Source of the DNA: Balanoglossus misakiensis
Lineage: Eukaryota; Animalia; Hemichordata
NCBI GenBank assembly: GCA_040954595.2
Contig: CM082580.2
Coordinates: 6,393,519 to 6,457,518 of the forward strand
Direction: 5' to 3'
Length of the DNA stretch: 64,000 bases
Below the pieces are notes generated by a model. It made no database searches, was not told the origin of the DNA, and worked only from the letters and a program-made list of their open reading frames with translations. Below, piece after piece: positions 25,970-38,236 of this stretch (the stretch's first letter is position 1; each line of letters begins with the position of its first letter). A program made the position numbers and the translations under genes.

Positions 25970-26320
25970 GCTTTTAAAACCATTCTTCTTCCAGTTATCT
26001 CAATGTAATTAGGTTGTTCGCCGTCTCTCAATTTTACTCATTATACCTTTCCTAATTTCTTTACTTCAAAAAATCGAGTGAGTTTTGGTTACTGGTCGTC
26101 AGGCCAAAGGGCCTACCGTGTCCCACGACTTACGCGTTCACTCCACACACGATATAGTAACTGTGGATACATTTTGCTGAAAATCGTTTAATTTATTACT
26201 AGTATGACATTTGCAGTATAGTATAGCAATTGACAAACGAACCAAAAACACCGGCGTCAAAACATACAGAGATTGCTTCAAGACGTATTTTACAAAGTCA
26301 AAGTAGTACCAAGAGTTAAA
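25970..26320 (+). repeat. Direct repeat copy 2 (~350 bp), just 3' of the mini-WFIKKN C stop codon
   Basis: Matches 20320-20727 with scattered substitutions and indels. Confidence 0.9.
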
Positions 26321-26498
26321 GGAAATCATTTATATGATATACACTGCGGCATAGTTTGATTAGAGTTGATTGAAAAGTTTTTATATAAAGTTGACCAAGT
26401 TGTCATGGTTACCCAGGTGAAAAGGCGATGGTTTGCTTTAAAATTAAAGTAGTGTAGTTAATCGATCGAAACTCATGTTCAGTAGTGTTAAATGTTGT

Positions 26499-28432
26499 CT
26501 AAGGCATGTCCGTAGACAGCATCTCGGTAAACGGTGACCAATCCGTGGAAAGCAGCATGTCGGTCGTTCCGTCCTCTGGCCCGTCAGTCGAAAGTGGCCC
26601 GTCAGTTGATAACAACATGTCGGTCGTTCCGTCCTCTGGTCCGTCAGTCGAAAGTGGCGCGTCGGTTGATAGCAACATGTCCGTCGTTCCGTCCTCTGGC
26701 CCGTCAGTCGAAAGTGGCGCGTCGGTTGATAGCAACATGTCCGTCGTTCCGTCCTCTGGCCCGTCAGTTGATAGTGGCGCGTCGGTTGATAGCAACATGT
26801 CGGTCGTTCCGTCCTCTGGCCCGTCAGTTGATAGTGGCGCGTCAGTGGATGGTATATTGTCCTGCGGGGAGGCTGCTCCACCTACAGGAGGAAATTGGCA
26901 TAGATGATTTACCACAATTGTTGAGAGCTGCAGCTGTCGCCTGAGGGCAGTGACACTATCGCAAGAGACGACAATTAAATGGAAGGCAGTTTGGTTGATA
27001 TTCGGCTTGTTATACAAAAGTAAACAGTCCATACCCATGGTCATTACATACACCAAATAGACTCATATATATTCTTAACAAGATTTACAAGTAATGAAGA
27101 TAGATCCGCTTTATCCTGTTCTTCACATCGGACTCGGTTGAATCCGTATATCTAGTATAAAATATCTTTAAACGGTATAACTTCTGATATTTGTTCGACG
27201 GACATGTTTGTTTTGAGCATTGTACCCGTAGTGTGTAGGTGTGTGCGCCCGCGTGTGTAAAACATCGACCTAAAACCCTACATTTTCTACAATGCTTCGC
27301 ATATGATTTTTGTCAACGGTGATTAATGGACCGAAAAAATATCAAAGGTTACAATTCCTAAGCGCACAGATGTCTCATGCCATCAGCTTTGTCAAGTCCT
27401 TCGGCAATGAATAAAAATAACACCTTAAATAATATTCATATGTCACCCAAAAATTTTGCTTCCCAGTGGAAATTACTTGTTTTTTACACACTTCACTTAC
27501 GCCATTCCTCGACAACAGCCAGGGAGTGTGTTAAGGCAAAACAGGAAGAGTGTGAAGATATTTTCAGGCAGACCGAGTACGCGTTGAATTGTTTTCCTCA
27601 CGTGCCCTTGACAGAGGTATTATGGTGACTCATTTTCACTTGTCGTAAAATAGGGGCTTTTAAAAGATTAATAGGGGACAGATTGACAACTCTGTTGACC
27701 AGGTGTTGAGAAATTGGTTGGACTGTATTGTATGCATCCGAAATCACAAATAAAACATCGCTAAGTACATACATGTATTAATTTCGACCGTTTGCTGGCT
27801 GTTCATTATCCCTTGTCGTCACTTTCCCAGACGCCAGAGATTTCAATGTTTTGTTTTGTTGTGGTTAACTCAATTCCGAGAAGAAGAAAAACTGGCGGGA
27901 AAAAAATTAGCTACATCTCAATATTGATCCTCTAAAATGGTACGCTAACCTTTTCCGTCGTCAGGACACGGCGATCCCTTGAGAATCACCCCCTTTGCGC
28001 AGGAAGAGAGATCCAGAAAACAGCCGTTCGGGTACATTTCGCCCCGTTCGTCGCACGTCGGTTGGTAGGTCAGCGGGCAGTCAGTGGCGTCCTTACAAAC
28101 ACAGGCGGAAAACTTTCCAGCGAAGACGACGCACTTCTGACCGAGTTTCGGGCACTTGTAATGGGCGCAGGGATCTTTGGTGAATTTCGAGCCCCAAGGT
28201 GCTGAGAATAGAAAACGAATTAAAACTTTCGAGTGATATTACAGATCAAACATGCGTGAAATTGGTGAGATTTCAACCCAGTATGAAAACGAGAACTCAT
28301 CTGTACTGTCTACATGAAGTGTTTTAGTGTGTTCATTGAAAACTAATAATTATGGTCCTTACCCGCCGAACTTTGCTGTCCCAGGCAGACGATCAGTAAG
28401 AGACCGAGTGGCAAAAAATCAAAGCGCTCCAT
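26499..28432 (-). CDS. Mini-WFIKKN C: signal + follistatin/Kazal + acidic Thr/Ser-rich tandem-repeat tail (~234 aa, secreted)
   Basis: Exons with phase-1 GT-AG junctions. 28363-28432: MERFDFLPLGLLLIVCLGQQSSA. 27950-28201: DPCAHYKCPKLGQKC..CVCKDATDCPLTYQPTCDERGEMYPNGCFLDLSSCAKGVILKGSPC (10 Cys). 26499-26881: GAASPQDNIPSTDAPLSTDGPEDGTTDML repeats, ending STDMP*. Confidence 0.85.
26545..26850. repeat. 60-bp coding minisatellite (~5 copies), encoding LSTDAPLSTDGPEDGTTDML
   Basis: Consecutive 60-nt sequence lines from 26581 to 26821 are nearly identical. Confidence 0.95.
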
Positions 28433-29869
28433 TTCTCTCTGCTGCACGCAATGCTCGTGGTGAACGAACCCGATGAGATCTGCGGTCGGTTTGTCCCAAA
28501 GACGGATTAAATCTCTACCGCAAGTGATGTGAAAAATGAGTGATGCAACGGTGACGTGTGCCGTATTCAAGCCTTGAACAGAACCGTCCAGGCTGTCGCC
28601 ACGGCACTTCACCCGGGCGGTGCCGCTTGTGATTTGGCGCGAAAAGCCCCTCCCCCTCCCGCAGTGGGAGGAAGAAAAGCTTTCGTAACATAGAGTGAAC
28701 CCTAAATCGTCTCATTGTGACGTCAGACCAGTCAAGAGACAGAACGGCTCGACTGACGCAAAATTGATGAACCGATAACGTGCATCTGGCGCATCCTCGG
28801 CCGTAATCGCATACCAGCCGGCCAATAAGGACTAAATCCTTTTATTCGTGGTAAAAGCTCCACAATACCGAGTATGTTGAAATTTTTGTGATGTTCTTTT
28901 TCTCGTCGGTGTGTCAACAAAACTGCGCCGTTATAAAATCGCGTGATTTCCAACTTTCAACTTTCTATATCTTGTCTAAATATTTTGAAGCTTTTTTGAC
29001 AATTTTGTTTCTTCATAAAGATATTTCATATTTGCCTAACATCAATAACAAGCCTAATTTGAAAAATCTTGCTGAACAATCCAAAGTAAGAGCGGCTTAT
29101 ATGGACAATAAATATACACTTCATCTCAATATGTCGTCCAAATACATTTATATCCGGATTTCGAGAACTTTTCAACAATAACAAATCCGTGTATTACTAG
29201 TATGATGAAAAAGTGCATGGGCTGTGTGTGCATAAGCTTTACATGTCTACATGTACTGGGTTTTTAAACAGGCCTGGGTTATATAGGCCCACTCGTGCCA
29301 ACAACATGACGGGACGAAATTATAAAAAAGATACGCCGTTTGTCCTCTGAGCTTTTGATGACGTCATAACAGAAATTCGTGACGTTGCGCGTTCACTTTT
29401 GCGTAAAACGTGTAGCCGAACCTCTCTAATATTGACGTCGACGTCGTCCCTTTGGATCACCCCGGCCCTGAGTAGAGTGTTTGGATACACTTTGCATTCA
29501 CTGGTAACGTTTGTGTGCATTTCACGCGCTTTAACATGCTTTCTGAACGTTTAAAAAAATCCCCAAACAATAAAATGTGTTCTGTCGTGTTAAAGTGTAT
29601 GTGATGTAATAATCCCACTTGTATGATAAAAAACGTGCTGCGGAAACCCTTTTAAAAATCAGTTTGCATATTTAGTAGGAACTAAACCTTGTTGACATAT
29701 CAGGTGACCGGAAAGAGAGGAAGCCGATTGGGCGTTGACAGGGCGTACTCGCGCCAATTGATCAATCTTCCATGAATCACTGTCTCTCGGAGTGACAGAA
29801 AGCACACGCAAATGGCAACACGGTGTGCTTCATCAACTTTCAAATCTTGTCATTGAAATCCTGTTCACA

Positions 29870-29943
29870 TTTGAGAGACAGAGGGAGAGGAGAGGGAGAG
29901 AGATTCAGAGAGAGAGAGAGGGAGAGAGAGAGAGAGAGAGAGA
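29870..29943. repeat. (GA)n microsatellite
   Basis: Directly visible; similar GA tracts at ~30475-30513 and ~32055-32101. Confidence 0.9.
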
Positions 29944-31517
29944 CGTGACACACACACTGTTTTGTGGAACCGTTAAAACCTAACATTTATATCATAAAAA
30001 TATACAAAAGGAATGGTTTAGAATCTACTGCTGTTGAAGGTGTTACAATATTTTCATTAAAAAGTCGATCGCCCAAATGATTTTACACAGTCCACAGACT
30101 ATCTCGCTCTATGATAACGTCAATTTTTGCCATCGTTCTGGTTCTCTTACGAATATCGCCCTCAACGATGTTCATGACTGGTCAAAATGCGTTCCATTAC
30201 ACATGAAATGAAATTAAATCTACTATAGTAAAATAGAAATCAGTGACATGATTATTTTCAATTACGCCGCCCAGGAAATGCTTTGTGCCCTTGGTGAGAA
30301 CATCTGTATCATAAATCAAGTTTATATAACCGCGAAAGGAAACTGTACAAAGTGCGTCTGTATTTCTTTTTTCTCTAAGGTGAAGCTGATCTGATGTCTT
30401 CAGTCAACAGTTTATTCTTCAAAAGCCTCGGGGTCTTCTGAATTGGATGATACAGCATGAGCTGAGGGACGAAAGAGAGAGAGAGAGAGAGAGAGGGGGG
30501 GGAGAGAGAGAGAAAGCAAAAAATTAGTACGGAACTATTTCATAATAGCGGTGCACTTGCACCAAATGGAAACATTTTGTAATTTTCCTAGGTATATATT
30601 GAAAGTTTGGTGTACCATGTACTACTATCAAGAATGGCGCAGTTTCTACGGACAGTAACATCGCGACGCTTTCCCATGGACGACTTCATGGACAAAGTTG
30701 TTGGGGTTTGTTTTGTTTTTCAACAGTTTTGTAACTGTGTCAGCACTTTTAATGCGGGTCACGTGACTTGACTTGAGACGCGTCAGAGCAAAGTTTTCGC
30801 TGCTGATTGGTTGGAGCCACCTGGACCATCTCCACTAGGAAATTTCCGTCTAGCCTTCCGTGCATTTTCATAAGAGAGTCAGACGGCCATGCTGCTGCAC
30901 GTAGGACGCGAAGATGCGGAAAACTCTACCCAAAAAGAGAGTTTCTCCGCTGGATAGTTAGCTGTGAAGTCCACGGTAAGTAAAGTAACAGAAGTAGACA
31001 CAGTTACTAAATTTTTGACCAGAAACTTAGGTTATTCTGTGGCGAATTACGGGCAACTAAAAAGCCAGACGTTCTACACCACAGAATTCAAAATATTGGA
31101 TGCGTCACAGTCAGACAGCTTGAGTCAGCGCTTCCCTGCGTTTGAATTCACTAATTCCACCCTTTCGTTTGAAATTACAATTTTCAATGAACTAGATTAA
31201 AATGAAATACTTTTGACTGTATCATTTCCCCCACCCCCACAATGCAATATAATTGAAACGGGTAAGGTCAAAGGTCGGCCCGTTAATTTGTAGAAAACTC
31301 TAATGTCCCATTGAAAGTCAAACAGCGTCAGGTTTACAACCATCATAGATACTGACATATGCAAAGAAGGTGAAAAGTCGTCGCAATTTTGGCCAACTTA
31401 TTCTATTCCCGTGATTGGCCATAGCAACTGAGAAATAATTTTGACCAGAACGGGCCCCCATACCGTAAACGACATGCAACGAAGCTGTTTTCATGAGAAC
31501 GGCAGATGGAGCTTACC

Positions 31518-33634
31518 TCATCGATAGAAAACTAACGCCAGCAGCGGAATCACCATGGTGAGAATAGCACCACCAAGTGACGGCGCATTGCTGTTGTAAC
31601 CTGCAGGCAAAAAAAAAAAAAAAAATCACGAATGTATTTTAGAGTAAGGAAATAGCAAAACTATATATTGCTAAAGTCAGCCACGGCTTAACGTACTGGG
31701 CTGTTTCAGCAAAATGAACGCGGAGCTAGAATAGACATTTTTAGTTTTCATTTTCATTTTCAGACGAGATCTGAATCCGTGATACCATCACCAAAATAGA
31801 TCAACGTACTATAATACTTAGACTGCTTGGCGCCAGTCAATCCAAGAGACGAACACGAAACCTCATGGATGGTTTGTCTCATCTTGCACGAGGCCAAGTT
31901 CAAGTAGCACTTGTTGTCGTACTGCTTTCGGTCATCGCCACACACCGGTTCGTACACGTCTGGACAAACCGTCTCGCACGCGCACCACGCATGCGTCCCC
32001 TCGTTTAAGCACACTTGGCCAGGGAAGGGACACCTGTATGTCTTGCAAGGATCTGAGAAAGAGAGGGGGGGGGGGGAGAGAGAGAGAGAGAGAGGGGGGG
32101 AGGAAAGTTGTATAGACTGCTATAGTGATCATTGAGGAATTTAACTAGGATAAGCATGAATCTAAGATGCAATTGTAAAATTTCCTGAATACAGGGAATA
32201 CTGTAAGTTGTTAACTCTTTACTGTGAACTCGCAAACCATGCCTTGATATTTCTTTCGTACCTTCCTTCAGTGGCTCGACGCACGCTGTCCCGTCGCAAT
32301 TATTGATGCAGCAGATGGTGTAGCCAGGGCACTCTTTGTCGGAATTGCACTGCCGTCTGCAGTTTCCCTGCAACTTCTCCGACACCATCGGGCAGTAACC
32401 CGGTTTAGCGTACGAAGTGGCGCCGCCGGTGTTCCCGTAGTCGGTGCCCGATGGCTGCTGGTTCCTGTTGGTGCCGCCGTACGTGTTGTAGTGCCTGTTG
32501 TTGACGTCGCCGCGTCTCTGGTTGGGGTTGCCGGCGACAGGCCTGGGGTAGCCCGGGTAACCCATCTGGTTTTGCCCCTGGCTGTGGTAGTGGTCGCCGT
32601 GTTGGTAGTACTGGTTCTGTGGGTCGTTCGGGTTGTCGTTACTGTAGGTGTCGATGTAGTACTTGTCGTCGACGCTGGCGTAGTGGCCGTGTTGCGAGTT
32701 CGCGGGGGGTATGTTCTGCCCGCCGCCATTGGCGGCCTGTTCCTGGTTCCTCAAATTTTCGTACACCTGCTTGTATCGGTCGTACGCCGCCCAAGAACTG
32801 GACCCGTCATTATTATTCGGCTGATTCGGGTCATTGGGATCTTTGTCTGTAAATAAACACGTTGTAGTCACGTCAGTAACGGCAGTTAGGGTTTTGTTTG
32901 CATTCCGACAGCGGTGCCTAGCAACGCAGTCACGTGACAGAACTTAGCCGTTTGCTTCGGAAGGGTAAATCATCAACGTATCGGCATGAGATGCGACATG
33001 AAGATTTGTTTTGCGAATTCGAGGTCACGCACCCTTTTGTCCAACATTTTGCTCGAGCCCGCTCAAAGCACATTCAAATTTTATCATTAATTAGGTATAA
33101 CTCAGCAAGTGGCAACAAAATTATACCAAAATATGGAAATGTACAGCACAGTCCCACCACAGACAGTTACATGTAGCAAACTGCTGTAATGTGCAGTATT
33201 TAGGCCTATATTATGCAACATTGCATATGCATGGGCTGTTGGTTAAATAACCGGTTTGACGAGACGAAAACTTTGTTATGCGATAATGGTTTTGCTAAAA
33301 AAAAATTAAATGACAAACATTTTAGTTTGGTACCAAAACTAAACTTTGATGTCAACATTTTATCTACTAGCTATACGGCTCAGTTAGTCCAACTGAACAC
33401 CAAAACAACAAAGACGCAAGTTGGACCATCGTGCCACATCCCTGGTGTGAGCGGAAATGTCCCCCGTGCATGAAATTCCAAAAAGAAATGTCCGGTCCTA
33501 AAAAGGAAATCCTTCATATCCAATAATATTTTCTGCACGGTGTGGATGTATCGTCTGTTTGTATACTTACACGATTGCGCAAACGTACACACCGCAAAAC
33601 TCAGGAACAGCACTTCTGCAAAAGTTGCCGTCAT
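31518..33634 (-). CDS. Mini-WFIKKN D: signal + N/Q/G/Y-rich low-complexity region + WAP + follistatin/Kazal + GPI-signal-like tail (~324 aa)
   Basis: Exons, all phase 1. 33571-33634: MTATFAEVLFLSFAVCTFAQS. 32262-32846: low-complexity region, then KPGYCP..CRRQCNSDKECPGYTICCINNCDGTACV. 31810-32052: DPCKTYRC..PVCGDDRKQYDNKCYLNLASC..VSC. 31518-31600: SYNSNAPSLGGAILTMVIPLLALVFYR*. Confidence 0.85.
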
Positions 33635-34923
33635 ACTTCGGCGTCTGTGATCACGAAGTTCCTCTCAAGATGCTCAAGTAACTGAGCTGAATATCCCAAT
33701 GTGCAAACAGAATCAATGGTAGTGCAAATTAAAATCTAGGATTTTTGTAGTAAAGTTTGAAGTTGATTCGTCAATGTACAAAGATGGTTGCTTATTATAA
33801 CGGTGACAGGTTCAAACTCCAAAATCTTGTGTCGTCATTTCCGTTCCAGTGCAGGCCTCGCTAAAAATGTCCATGAACTTGCCTTTCCCCATAAAAATGA
33901 ACGCATATTTGTCTGTCTCGTGTCTGAAAACGGAAATTTCTGAAGCAGCACGCTAGAACTGCCCGAATGCCCCGTGAAAAGTTTAAAATACCTCTGCAGG
34001 TAAATTGAATAGGAAGATGTGACGTCACACTTCTCAATGCGCGCCATATAAGGAATGCAAGCTGTCATTCGTCATGAGATGCCGTCACTGACCAGAAACG
34101 GACAATTCTTCCACCCGAGAACTCGTCACAGTATATTTCCTAATTGGGCATTCTGATTCGCAAGTTTATGTTCTGATGACGCAACACGCAAGGGAGATTG
34201 TCCTACGTGCCACAACTTCTATTCAATTTGATGAAAACAGAATGCAGTGAGTAGGCGACAGACTGCATTGTATTCAAATATAATGTCGCATACTTCTGGC
34301 TTTTAAGCGTGATCTTTCAAAATTTTTGATTTTTCGGCGCATATCGTCCGTAGTCTTTTTAAAGTTTAGTTTTCGGATGGGGAAAGTAGCGAACTGTCGC
34401 AACCACCTGTTGATTTCTTGAATGACGTCATCAGCAAGACAACTTGACGCTAATAATAATGATAATAAACTAAGTTTCAAAATGTTTTATTTTTAATATT
34501 GTTTTATTGCAGTCATTTTTGGTAATACATTTCGCTTACATCTCTAGAAAATGAAATCTATATATACGTGTCTTTACTCATCAATGTTTGGTTCTATGAT
34601 ATGGAGTTCTTTCCGCTTCGTTTCATGCTTTCCAACAGTATTCCTCCGTTTAGCAATGAATAACCCAATTTGTACACTAAAAAGGATTTGTAGCAACCCG
34701 AGATAAGACTCGTTAACTTACACGTGTTAGTACTATAAAGTATATCCCGTTATGCAAATTTTTCACGCTTCTGGGGGAACAGAAGTGGGTAGCTGTAGTC
34801 GCGTCCTTTATTACACGATCTTTATTTATCCCGGCCGCCTTTAAGTGAAAAGCATCAAATGTGACCACCTGTTAAAAGCACGGGGATTGGTTGCACGTGT
34901 TATGCAAATACTACTTGCTGTTG

Positions 34924-36654
34924 CTAAAGAAGAACACGAAGGAATGTTGCAGTGCACAAAATCATCGTGAGAACTGTGGCCTGTGCAGTTGCTGCGTCTG
35001 AAACAAAACCAGAAATAACTTATAGTTTCAGTAGCAATATAGAATTGATACATACATGCACACACACAGTTAACTCACCTGCAGCAATGCCATATGACTG
35101 GCAGTTAACTGTATTAATCGTTGTTTTCAACTGACAGGCTTTCATGATCATGTAGCAGGGGTTGTAGTACAGATGCGCTTCTCTGCCATCGATGGTTCCA
35201 CACACCGGCGAATAGTAATCCGAACACACGCTAACGCACACACATATTGAGTGAGTCCCTTGATCCACGCAAGTCTCCCCTTCGTACTCGCACTCGTGGT
35301 AACTGCACGGTTCTGCAACGAGAATGTCATTAGTTATGGTTTGAGGATTTAATTCCAAAAATGTTTTTACTTTTATAAGGTATTTCTGTGTGACGCGTGT
35401 TCACCTTAATCACGAAATTCGTCCCTTTAAATGAAATCGTGCTGAAATGACAATTTCAAGGGATGGTGATTTTATATAAATCAGAACTGCAACTAGGAGG
35501 CCATGTGTGCAGTCTTCGAATTCATTACTTCTTTTTTACACAGGGTACGCAGGGTCCTAATTTGGGGCAAGTGAATTCTCCGCGCTAAGATCATGTAGAT
35601 CAGCAACTAAAATATGAGGTTGAATGCAAATGACATTCTCCTCAGAATAAAGACCCCTGCAAACCATGTAGACAATACAACCTTCCAACTCTGGTTCGAC
35701 GCAGTGAGTCCCGCCGCAGCTGTTCATGCAACATTTCAATCTTCCGTCGCAATCATCGTCGTTCAAACAACCTCTCTTGCAGTAGGCTACCAAGTCGGGT
35801 ATGATCAGCGGACAGTGGCCATATTTACTGCCACCTGTAAGAGAAAGCTTGACTCTCAACACTCCTAAAACAAATCTGTGTCCCTTTAAATGTCCATCAC
35901 CAACACACACAAAAACAGCTTAACCCAGCTTAACGAATTTAAAAAATAATATTTTGGGAGAATAGAAAAAAATCACTACCTTAGTGTGCGTTGCCATCTT
36001 CAACATATCTATACCTACAATGTAGCTGCAAATCAGTAGCTCGATTTTGCCTTGTTTGCGTGCCTTCTTTGATATAAGAAGTATTTTTGAAAACGAAGAA
36101 AACACAGGATGGCGGCTATATTGAATTTCAAATTTGAGACACTTTCGCTCTCTCATTCACAATTTTGGATGCGGTGACCCTCATTTTATATTCTAAATTT
36201 TAACAGAGGATAATCTGAAGTAAATGTTTAGACTTGGATTTTCGAGATGTATAATACTACCGTATACCAATAATGCATTGACCACATGCGGTAAGGAGAG
36301 ATACATTGTTTATCACACACATACAAACACCTCTTGTTAATTATCAACATTAACTCTGTAAACGTCAACCTTCATTTATATTATGACTGAGTCATGGAAC
36401 TTTGCGTCTTGGAGAAATAACATGCTCTGCGCGCGACGACCATGTGACACCGTCACTGATTGGTTGTTGTACACTCAAGTGATGTCATTGCGACCAACCA
36501 AACCACACTTTACTGGGCACTGACGCGGTACAAGTCTGCGACGTCTTTCGCGAGATCTCTGGTCAACCCAGCATGTCTGCTTACCTTGAGTGTCCGCCAC
36601 TGCTGCAAGACATGCGACGAAAACAATGTATAGTAGCGTTCTTCTGAACGACAT
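34924..36654 (-). CDS. Mini-WFIKKN E: signal + WAP + follistatin/Kazal + GPI-signal-like tail (~176 aa)
   Basis: Exons, all phase 1. 36585-36654: MSFRRTLLYIVFVACLAAVADTQ. 35682-35834: KYGHCP..CKRGCLNDDDCDGRLKCCMNSCGGTHCV (its donor GTTGTA is weak). 35079-35312: EPCSYHEC..PVCG..YYNPCYMIMKAC..VNC. 34924-34997: DAATAQATVLTMILCTATFLRVLL*. Confidence 0.85.
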
Positions 36655-38236
36655 CTTGCCAAGTCAGTATTTTGGTAACGTCTAGGCACGCATGTGAAAA
36701 ATGTAGGCTATCTGACAGTCTGGGCGCGACCTCGACGATTTGTGGCCCCTGCCCTCGGCAGTTGCACGAATTCTTTCCACTGTGAATGTTTTTGGTAATA
36801 CGTCACCCAAGTTAAAATCTCTAAAGACCCCTTGTAAATTAAATATTAACTCAAACAGTAACTGGTATCGTGGCTTTATTTTTAAACGTTATCGTAGCCA
36901 CTGGCAAACTCAGAGTCAATGCACTTTGTCTAGGTAAAGATAGTTATAGACTCTAAGGTTCCGTTGAGCAAAATGAGCGCGCTCGTTCACTGGCGCGATA
37001 ATGAGGGCCCGCAAAAGTTATCATGAGAACTTTACGCCATGACTATGTGCCATGGAAGAATCGAAAATTTACGTAATTATATCTGCCATTTTTTGCATTT
37101 TTTCATGATTTTATTTGTCCTCCGACTCGTTGTGTGAGCCCATTGCAATTTTCAAATATATGGTTCATGACATTCTCTCACATACTCTAAACATTTACGA
37201 CATACAGAAGTGGATAATTGGCAAGTTTAATATGTAACGGCATCAAAATACAAAAAGTGTGAGTTTCAGCGCTTGTCATTTTTTTTGAACGTTTCCTGAA
37301 AAGTTTCCAAGGTTTTTGATTATTGAAGAGGTATCACTAAGTTTTGACATTATTTTGGTTATTTCTGTTTTTTTATGGGCCATCTAAGTTTTTCTGCTCA
37401 CCGAAACCAGATAAATGACCAGCTGTTACAGCTCAGTTTGCACCCTGTACATGGGTGTAACATGAGAATACATCTGCAATATAATTTTTGGTACTGACCA
37501 ATAATTAAATGATGGGAGTGTTCTCATGTTATATCCATTCATTTGCTGCAAATTGAGTCATGGAAGCGGGTCATTAGGCATGCATGATTTCAGTGAGTAG
37601 AACAACTTACATTAGATAACCAATAAAAAAAAGTTAGCGAAATTTAGCAACCTTTGCTGTTGAACTCATTTGTAGTAGTCTCTTCCGGTGTACAGTGTTC
37701 TTTGGTATCTGTGTAGGTCACAAAGCAGTATGGAGAGGAATTTCCTCCTTCACTGAAATTATTACAATTTTTGGCAGTGAAAACAAAACGCTATCTAATA
37801 TAGGGATATAGCTTTACATAGTCAAAATGTTTATTGTGCGAAACTTCTTGGTTAAAAGGATTAATCATTGAAGTTTGATTTCTGGCTTTTGTTGTGCTGA
37901 GGTTTGAAAATCGTATGTCGTCGATTGATGGTTATTTGGCAACACACATTCGACGCACGCAACACGATGGCAGATTTATCTGTAATAAATCAGAAAATAA
38001 CGCGTTTATACTCTGAAAAAAGCGTCATACTCTGAAAACGATTTCGACACGGAAATAATAAACAAGATTAAGACGAAAATGATGCTTGTCTGCAAATATT
38101 ATTATAGCAAAATATCCGACTTTATCAGTTTAAGTAGCCAATGATACAATGACCGCTCGTGCCAATTGTAGTACTTTGAGAAGCAAATGGGTACGGAAAG
38201 TGTTGAAAAACTACATTAGGAATGCAACGAATAATT

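Noticed and set aside
20320-26320. LTR retrotransposon
   Set aside because: No gag, RT or integrase, and I could not verify TG..CA termini, a PBS or a PPT. Kept only as direct repeats.
26545-26850. 60-bp repeats as a CRISPR array
   Set aside because: Head-to-tail repeats with no unique spacers, in frame within a eukaryotic coding exon; no cas genes.
32268-32856. Thr-rich and Val-rich overlapping ORFs
   Set aside because: Shadow frames of the GC-rich exon 2 of paralogue D.
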